This document shows positions 55,380 to 64,000 of a stretch of 64,000 nucleotides of DNA, piece after piece (position 1 is the stretch's first letter; each line of letters starts with the position of its first letter). A program made the translations under genes and the position numbers. The stretch lies in the NCBI RefSeq assembly GCF_026571515.1, contig NW_026852595.1, positions 124,001 to 188,000 on the forward strand, read 5' to 3'. Below the pieces are notes generated by a model. That model made no database searches, was not told where the DNA came from, and saw only the letters and a list, made by a program, of their open reading frames with translations. The DNA is from Ruditapes philippinarum (Eukaryota).

Positions 55380-55670
55380 ATTTTATGGCTCTTTATTAAC
55401 AGTTGTAGGTTGATGTTACACGATCCTTTACTTATATGCGTGAAAAAGGGTTGAAGCTGATTTAACCCAAACCACAGGTTATAGGGATCAATTAAACGGC
55501 TGTAGGTTGATTTTACCCGAGTCACAGTTTAGAAGCGACTGTAAATTGATTTGTTATATCATCATAAATGGTTGTAATCCATCATAAAACGTTGTAGGTC
55601 GATGTAATCCTAGCCACAGGTTATATGGATCATTAAACACGGTTGTAAGTTGACGTTACCAAAGCCACTA
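55380..55670. repeat. Degenerate minisatellite (~50-bp unit)
   Basis: Recurring TGTAGGTTGAT...CCACAGGTTATA.GGATCA motifs. Confidence 0.5.
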
Positions 55671-55903
55671 GGCTTTGTCTTTGTAACGAATTTATATTCT
55701 TCAATTTCAGAATTATTTAAGCGAAAATGACTGAAGAAGCGTATATACATAATATAACCATCACGGTTATCCAATAAAAAGCGCCGTTACAAACGTGCTG
55801 AATAATAAATTTATGTAGACTTAATATCTATGCTGATTTTTCTTCTGTGTTGACTTTATCATCTGTGCTGAGTGTCCCCTGTGATGAATGAAAGTAATGA
55901 TAA

Positions 55904-56768
55904 TTCACCAAGTGATATGGTAAGCTTTTGTGATCGCTTTTCGTCCGGTGTACGTCCGGTGTCCGTCCGTAAATTTTTACTTTAAACGACATCTCCTCAT
56001 AAACCACTAAGCCAATTTCAACCAAACTTCAAATGAATGTTCCTTTGGTAGTCAACTTAAAAAAATGTTCAAAGAATTAAATTCCAAGCAGAACTCTGGA
56101 TGCAATGGCAACCGAAAGAAAAAACTTAAAATATCTTCTTTTAGCCAACCAAAAGAGCTAGAGCTTAAATATTTGGCATGAAACACCATCTAGTCAGTGT
56201 CTACCAAGTTTGTTCAAATAAATGCCCTGGGGTCAAAATTAGCCGCGCCCCGAGGGTTTTTGATTTTCCTTATTTTCTTTTAAAAACCCCAAAGAGCTAG
56301 AGCTAAGATTTTTAGCATAAAACATCTTCTAATGGGTGTCTACCAAGTTTGTTCAAATAAGGACCCTTAGGTTAAAATTGGCCCTGCCCCAAGGGTCATT
56401 TATTTTCCTTATGTGTGTATACGTAAAATCTTCTTATTAAAAACCCAAAGAGCAAGAGTTTAGATACTAAGCATGAAATATCTTTTAGTGAGTGTCTACC
56501 AAGTCTGTTCAAATAAAAGCCCTGGGATGGAAATTGGCCCCTCCAAGGGGATTGGGGTCATTGTTTTCCCTATATGTATGTAGTTAAAACTTAATAAATC
56601 TTCTTATAAAAAACTCTAAAGAGCTAGAGCTTATATATTTATCATGAAACATCTTCTAATGGGAGTCTACCAAGTTTGTTCAAATAAAAGCCCCTGGTTT
56701 AAAATTGGCCTTGGCCAAGGGGCCTATATACAGGTGAGCGATTTCAGGGCCATCATGGCCCTCTTGTT
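55904..56768 (+). mobile_element. HINE/pearl-like element with ~130-170-bp internal repeats
   Basis: GTCC microsatellite, repeated CTACCAAGT(T/C)TGTTCAAATAA units, end CAGGTGAGCGATTTCAGGGCCATCATGGCCCTCTTGTT. Confidence 0.85.
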
Positions 56769-57392
56769 TTAACTTGTAGATTTTTTTGTTTCCTCAATGT
56801 ATTAAGCACGAATAATTACACTGAGAAAATAACATCGTAATGTTCTATTTGTGCAAATATATTATGGATGTAAAAACCAAATCATAATGGAATTTTCCAA
56901 ATAAGGACAAAAAGTCTTCGAATTAATGATGTCGGACTCGTTTCCAACAGTACCAGTGGCTGAAGATTGATAACAAGGTTGTTCTTTCCTCCGAATAGTG
57001 TTCAACATAAATGATTTTATTGAAAGCATGCTTTACAAAGCGGTATAAGTTCAAAATAAAGAAAATAATGCATTATGTCGAAAGTTGAAATAAAACACAG
57101 CTTTCAGTCAGTTTCTTGTTCAGCCTAGTGATTTTGATTCACTTTTTGAATCATGTCTGTATCTCCTTCAGGTGTTTAAAAAAAGTGTTTTCAAAACTTA
57201 GCATGCCACTTCTCGGATGAATTAATAGGTACTGTAAAAAACAAGGATAAAGATCAGCAAGGCAGAGGCAACGTTCACAGGACGCATCCCCCGACATACC
57301 CAAGCAGGGCACCCAGAATCCACTAAACAAAAACCCGAAGGGTGGCGAAAGGAAAGAGTAAAGGTCACAGGGGCCTTGAATGTCAGAATGTG

Positions 57393-57779
57393 TTTTATGC
57401 CCCGCCATATAATGGCTGGGGTATATAGTGTTACCCTGTTCCGTCATTCTGTCATTCCGTCATCATCTGTTTCCGTTCATTATCTCCCGAACGGTATTAA
57501 ACATTTAACTCAAATTTGACAGATGGATATGTCATCAAAAAACACAAGGCACGTTCGAATTTGATCATGGTTCGATGATTTTTGGCAGAGTTATGCCCCT
57601 TTTACTTTGAAAATAATATGAAATTTTCTGTTTCCGTGCATTATCTCCCCAACGGTATTAAACGTTCAACTCAAACTTGACATATGGATAAGTCATGAGA
57701 AAATACAGGTCAAGTCTGAATTTGTCATGGTTTGATGAATTTTGGCAGAGTTATACCCCTTAAACTTTTACAAATATGA
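57393..57779 (+). mobile_element. Truncated HINE-like element of a different family
   Basis: TTTATGCCCCGCC...GGGGTATA hairpin, TTCCGTCA repeats, two units containing TTTTGGCAGAGTTAT. Confidence 0.7.
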
Positions 57780-58603
57780 AACAAGAGGGCCATGATGGCC
57801 CTGAAATAGCTCACCTGTATATAGGCTCCTGGGGCGGGGCCAATTTTAACCAGGGGGCTTTTATTTGACAAAACTTTGTAGACACCCATTTGAAGATGTT
57901 TCATAATAAATATCTAAGCTCTAGCTGTAAGAAGATTGTTTAAGTTTTTACCATACACATAAAGGCTTTTATTTGAATTGGTAGTCACTCAATAAAAGAA
58001 AGTTCATGCTTAATATCTAAACTCTAGCTCTTTTGCTTTTTTTTTCAAAGAAGATTATCTTAATAAGTTTTTATTATATACATATAAGGAAAATCAATGA
58101 TCCCGGGGCGGGGCCAATTTTAACCCCAGGGCCCTTATTTGAACAAAAATGGTAGACACTCGTGCTAAATAAAATCTTAGCTCTAGCTCTTAGGGTTTTT
58201 TTAAAAGAAGAATTTTTAAAGTTTTTACTATATACAAATAAGGAAAATCAATGACCCCCCGGGGCGGGGCCAATTTTGACCCCAGGGCTTTTATTTGAAC
58301 AAACTTGGAAGACCCTTACTAGATGATGTTTCATGCCAAATATTTAAGCTCTAGCTCTTTCAGTTTTCTAAGAGAAGATTTTTTAAGTTTTTTCTTTTAG
58401 TTGCCATGGCAACCAGAGTTCTGCTTAGAATTAAATTCTTTGAACAATTATTAATGTTGACTATTCAAAGGAACATTCCTGTGAAGTTTTGATGAAATTG
58501 GCTTAGCGGTTTTTGAGGAGATGTTGTTTAAATTAAAAGTTTACGGACGGACGGAAAAGCGATCACAAAAGCCCACCATGTCACTTTGTGACAGGTGAGC
58601 TAA
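57780..58603 (-). mobile_element. HINE/pearl-like element, same family as 55904-56768, inverted
   Basis: AACAAGAGGGCCATGATGGCCCTGAAATAGCTCACCTG...GTCACTTTGTGACAGGTGAGCTAA. Confidence 0.88.
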
Positions 58604-58617
58604 AAAAAAACATCATA

Positions 58618-58971
58618 TTAAAGTGACATTTTGCTCATGTTTTCAACTCAAGTTAAGCTGAATTGACTTTTTATTTCAAAAGATTGACTATTAAAATGGC
58701 GTTTGACCAACAGTTTATTTTGGAAAATGTTTAGGCTAAATTCAAATTCTGCCTAAAATATAAAAAGACTGCCCCACTCTTTTTATAAACTAAACGTTTC
58801 AGGTAAGTTCTAATTGATATTTACAGAAATTCCGTTTCGGTCTGGGGATTATTTATTGTATATATGAAGAAAATTACTGGATTTAAAGGAATCATGGCTA
58901 TATAAAAACTTATTCTGACTTTCACCTGTTCACTCACGGTTTACCCACAAATGAGCATAATGTCACTTTAA
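58618..58971. mobile_element. TTAA-flanked MITE (Kolobok-like), copy 2
   Basis: TTAA-AGTGACATTTTGCTCAT...ATGAGCATAATGTCACT-TTAA. Confidence 0.75.
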
Positions 58972-59219
58972 TATAAAATATGTTTTATTCTGGCTATGTG
59001 TCACACACCTGTGAAAGAAATAATAAAAAAAATATTTGATTCCCCTTCATCATCGAAGATAATATATTTATCTCTTGTACTAAATGATAGAAACATCTTC
59101 TTAAATACATTTTTGAATCATTCATTATCATTTTCACCATGCTTGAAAATAAAACAACGAAACAAACACACAAAAACTTGATCTTTCTGAATGGTTATTA
59201 TTATAACTATTTTATTTTT

Positions 59220-59483
59220 TTTTTGTTTGGTTTTGTTGCACCAACACTGTATAGGTCATATTGGGACTTTCCAGCTTTACTGGTGGTGGAAGACCTGAGG
59301 TGCCATTAAGTGAATTATTTCAGGCACAAACAGGCTCCTGAGTAGAACAACCAACATTCCGTAAGCTAGCTGGATAACTTTCTCACAGGTAGAATCCGAC
59401 CATGCTTGTGTGGCTCGAACCTAAAGAGGTGAGAGGCAAGTGGTTTGAAGTCACAACCTTTACCACTCAGCCACGGATGTCCC
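59220..59483 (-). mobile_element. Near full-length tRNA-derived SINE
   Basis: Minus strand: GGGACATCCGTGGCTGAGTGG (A box), GGTTCGAGCC (B box), core AAAGCTGGAAAGTCCCAATATGACC, A-rich tail. Confidence 0.85.
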
Positions 59484-60244
59484 TCTGTTTTAAACTCAAG
59501 ACTAAAATTTAATAAATTCAAAATTTCTGTATGCATAACTAGTACTACCTGAATAAATTACATGTACTAGTATTACCTTTCAGATTTTAAATGTAGGATG
59601 ATAAAAATTAAGGAAGTAAATATCAAATTTCACAGATCTAACAGAGCGCAAAATATTTACATTATGTAGTTAGAGTGAATCATTGTGCATGATTTTACAC
59701 CTGTTTAACAATTTCTAGGATTAAACCAGGTAAATATCTTTTATGTCTTTCTAAATATTAAATAATTAGTATTAATACTCTTAAAATACTTTGGTTATAA
59801 AAATACCAGAAAGTCAACTTGAAGGCCATATATTGTTCACAAATTCATAGGAAGAATTGCAAAGTTTTTATTTATAAATATCTAGGGAAACACAATCCAT
59901 TTAAATATCTCCATAGTCGATCACCTATAAAGCATAAATATTTAATTTTATCAAAATTTGACTAACACTAAACAGATTTTTACTAATTCCTATATACCAA
60001 AGATAATGATCCCAGCCCCTTTAGCCGCCATGTCATTCTTTAAAATTATATTTTTTTTAAATAAAGAGCATGCTCCCAGTAATCATGTTTTTAAATTCAC
60101 AAATATTGGGCGACCATTTCTAAAAATAAATAATAACAAAATTTAACCTACAGTTTATGAAAAGAATAGTTCTAAAGTTTCTTCTTGTTGGTTGTCATGG
60201 CAAATACTTATTTCTTATATATTTATTTTTTTTAATTTAAAAGA

Positions 60245-61091
60245 AACAAGAGCTGTCACCCAAGTGACAAATGGCCCCGAAAAGGTTTCTTAAGCATGGA
60301 AAAAGAAAAGAAAAGAGAATAAAAGTAACTAATTGCTGAATAGTATTCTTTGTATTATTGTACCTGTAATCTCCAATTGTGATAACATGAACCTTCAAAA
60401 AATAAGTGTGACCTTGACTTTTGAAGAAGGGACGTGGTTCCTGGACGCAACAAAATGTTGTTATGAGATAGACATTTGTGCCAAATTATTTCAAAATCCC
60501 TCAATGCATGACAAAGTTAAAGTCTGGACATGATTGTTGTGTAAGTGGAGACACATGGACAGACGGACATGAGCCTTAGCCGCAACACATTGTCTTGATG
60601 TGGTAGACATTTGTGCAATGTTATTTTAAAATCATTCCATGCATGACAAAGTTACAGTCCGGACATGAATGTGTGTGTATCTTCAAACTCTTCTCGAGAG
60701 AATGTTTACCATCAAACTTTAAGTGTGACCTTGAAGGTAGGGACATATGTCTTTGTCGCGGCATGTCGTCTTGATGTGGTAGACATTTATTCTTAGTTAT
60801 TTTAAAATCCTTCGATGCATGACAAAGTTACAGTCCAGACATGAATGTGTGTACCTATTTACTCTAATTGCGATAATATTAAACTTCAAATTAATAGTGT
60901 GACCTTGACTTTTGAGGTAGGGACGTAGTTTTTTGGATGCGACACATCGTTTTGATGTGGTAGACATTTGTGCCCAGTTATTTCAAAATCCCTCAATGTA
61001 TTACAAAGTTACAGTCCGGACACAAATGAAGTGGCACAGACGGACGGACAGACGGTGCGATTATATTATGCCTCCCTTCGGGAGCATAAAA
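60245..61091 (-). mobile_element. HINE-like element with internal repeats
   Basis: AACAAGAGCTGTCAC..GTGACA terminus, repeated GTGACCTTGA/TAGACATTT/GACAAAGTTA units, GACG microsatellite, end ATGCCTCCCTTCGGGAGCATAAAA. Confidence 0.8.
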
Positions 61092-62178
61092 ATCCACATA
61101 TACTTTTTACTTAACTAACAATATGTACATACGACACTGACAGCCATGCAATAATACATTTTTACATCTAAGTATAGACTTGACCAACGACTTGCACATA
61201 ACACACTGTCTGACTGAGATGAAGATATATCACAAATAATTTTACAATCTCTCAAGTAATTACAAGTTCAAAAACAAACAGCACTTGACATTTAAACTCC
61301 AAAAAATGAGTGGGATGGTACGAAAAACTTAAATAAAAGCAGACACCCATGTTAGTAGAATAGCTCTCAGTATTACAAACAAGTGAATGGAACAAGAAAG
61401 GGTCGTGGGACAAGTAATAGAAAGAGCACCGAAACACGAGGCTATCTGATTTGTACGAGGGGGCGTAGCCCCCGAGTATAAATCAGATTGCCGAGTGTTT
61501 TGGTGTTCTTTCTCTTTTGTATCATAGTCAAACATAAAAACACGTTCCCTGTTGTCACAATTTTAAACCCCGAGGAAAAAGTAACCAATGATCGAGCATC
61601 TGAATATGATATTTCTGCCGCTTTCCCTTTCTCTGCCGTCACAATATGTAAACCCCAGCAAAAATGAGCCAATCAAACGGGTATGATCTGGAGTGGGCGG
61701 GTAACTGATACCTGCACTCCAGTTACCGCACTGTGCATGTATATGTATACGATTTAACTCTGACACTTTTTCAACAGAAAGGTCCCCAAACTATGATACA
61801 AAAGGACATATACATGTAGAAGGAAGGACAAATGAAGGAATGATATTTTCATATTGACAGTAGAGGATATTTACTACAGAATTTCACAAACGTATTGAAA
61901 TTTGTGTCAATCAAACCAATTTCTTTCAACAATCTTGAAATATTCTAAAAAAATAATTAAAAAATCATTATTAAATGAAAATATAAAAGAAACATAGCAA
62001 TGCCACAAACCAGGTTTTCAATTATCACCATTGTAGAATGTTTCCTTGTTACGTAATAAGTTGAATTACAAATACAAGCAACGAACAATGTCAATAAATA
62101 ATAAATAAATGTCAATATCATAAATAATGAAGAAACAAAAGAAATAAGTAAATATTTTGTAGTAGTTACAGCAGATGG

Positions 62179-63120
62179 AACAAGAACCGGTTGAACCGGG
62201 TGCATCATGCTCCCCAAATAGGTTTTGGACACAGAAAAGTATACCTCTTGTAGTTTCAGAGTTATGGCCCGGACAAAATTCAAAGTGCAATAATTCCAAA
62301 CTTAGGCAAGATAAAGTGACTGTTCTGTGCACTGCTCATATACTCAATGATATATATCTACATACAAAGTGTCTTGTTCATATCTATTATACTGTCAGAA
62401 CTATGTCCAGGACAACGTTCAAAGTGTAAAAAATGAACAAAGGGCAACAACTCCAAAACTAGGCAAGGCAGAATTATGGTTATTGTGCACTGCACGTCTA
62501 CCCAATGAGATCTATCTACCTACAAAGTTTCATGTTGATACCTCTGATAATTTCAGAATTATGTCCTGGACAACGTTCAGAGTGTAAAAATGAACAACAG
62601 GCAACGACTCCAAAATTAGGCAAGGCAGAGTTGTGGTGGTTTTGCACTGCACTTTTACTCAATGACATCTATCTACCTACAAAGTTGCATGTTGATATCT
62701 CTTATAGATTTAAAGTTATGTCCCAGACAAAGTTCATAGTATAAAAATGAACAAAGGGCAACAACTCCAAATCAAGGCAGGGCAGAGTTACAATTATTGT
62801 GCATTGCACATCTGCCCAATGAGAACTTCTACCTACAAAGTTTCATGTTGATATCTCTTATAGTTTCAGAGTTATGTTCCAGACAAAGTTCAAAGTGTAA
62901 AAATGGACAAAGGGCCATAACTCCAAAATTAGGCAGGGCAGTTTTATGGTTCTTTTGCACTGCACCTCTACCAAATGAGATCTATCTACCTACAAAGTTT
63001 CACGTTGATACCTCTTGTTGTTACAAAGTTATGTCCCGGACAAGAAAAGAGGACACATGGACTGACAACTGGACGGATGGACAAAGCGGGAACTATATAC
63101 TCACCCTTCAGGAGCATAAA
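62179..63120 (-). mobile_element. HINE-like element with ~159-bp internal tandem repeats (~5 units)
   Basis: AACAAGAACCGGTTGAACCGG terminus, repeated AACTCCAAA..AGGCA.GGCAG units, GGAC microsatellite, GGAGCATAAA end. Confidence 0.85.
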
Positions 63121-63676
63121 TATCAGGACTTTTTTTATATTCTTAACAAGTTAAAATACTGATTAAAAAACACAATGCTAAAATTAAATAGTTTCTCGCA
63201 CACTACACTCTTTATTTACGAAATAAATGACTGGTTTAAACTTGTAACTTTACAATGTTATCAGTGTTTTAAAACAAGGAAGTAAAAACAGAGCAAAATC
63301 CACGTACCAAATATTTACATTTGGAAAATGTGAGACAATCTCTGAGGATTACAATTTCAAGGTTCAATAATTTTTTTAAATATCTTAATGTCTACAAAAA
63401 ATTACTCTCTCACAACTAGTGAGCATTATTATTTTATAAAGGATTTTTTTAAAAGGAAGTTCAATTAAATATACATATATTTTGAAACACAAAGTCATGG
63501 TATTGAAAAACTTCTGGACTGGGTTACCGGTATTTTTGCATGCCTTTTAATTATATTTATATTTGTAATCAAACCAGTCAGTAGACAGAGCGCTCCATTT
63601 TTTCAATTGCTTTATAATATAATTCAATCATATCAATAAAGAAAGGGGAAAATTATGTAAATGTGATAAGCAGACT

Positions 63677-64000
63677 AACAAGAATTTCAAGTTTGAAGTG
63701 AACTTTCATTTTTTGTTAAAATATAATTTTAGAACCTTGAACTTGGAGGTAGGGATGCAGGTGTTGCGCATGACACATCGTCTTATTATAGTGACTATTT
63801 GTGGCAAGTATTTACAAAATCCTTTGATCTATGAAAAAGTTATGGACCGGACACAAAATATACCCTGTTTATCTTTGACCTCCTAGTGTGACCTTGACCT
63901 TGGAGGGAGGTGACTGGTTATTGCGCATGATACATCGTCTCATTATCATTGTGAAAAATTTTATTTACAAAATCCCATCAAAGAAAAGAAAGCTTTGGAC
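63677..64000 (-). mobile_element. HINE-like element, same family as 12684-13791, truncated by the window end
   Basis: TTGCGCATGACACATCGTCTTATT and TTATGGACCGGACACAAAATATACCCT are reverse complements of the 169-bp unit. Confidence 0.85.

Noticed and set aside
62175-63162. Series of similar short ORFs (ATTPKLGKAEL...)
   Set aside because: Translations of the ~159-bp repeat inside a non-autonomous element

Overview
AT-rich eukaryotic (animal) genomic DNA with GT-AG introns. The repeat landscape (Helentron-type non-autonomous elements with ~160-bp internal repeats, tRNA-derived SINEs, palindromic MITEs, LINE relics) suggests a bivalve mollusc, probably a venerid clam; this is inference. I built four protein-coding gene models by hand from splice sites and reading phase: (1) a minus-strand 4-exon gene, signal peptide-PAN/apple-Cys-rich-Sushi/CCP-~2000-aa Thr-rich mucin stalk (27983->18458); (2) a minus-strand 10-exon, ~746-aa single-pass membrane protein (43958->34331); (3) a plus-strand RING-B-box-coiled coil-NHL-like TRIM gene whose middle is corrupted (46600-48629); (4) a plus-strand 2-exon BTB/POZ protein (51374-54266). 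The first ~10.6 kb is degraded LINE material. There is a 251-nt N gap and several noisy homopolymer-rich stretches. The most unusual item is a near-perfect 630-bp tandem repeat (2.7 copies, 15736-17436). Its unit is densely packed with hairpins whose G-U pairs favour the plus strand, and it sits inside the decayed downstream part of the mucin gene; it is a candidate structured-RNA or rolling-circle element. No prokaryotic systems or CRISPR arrays are present.
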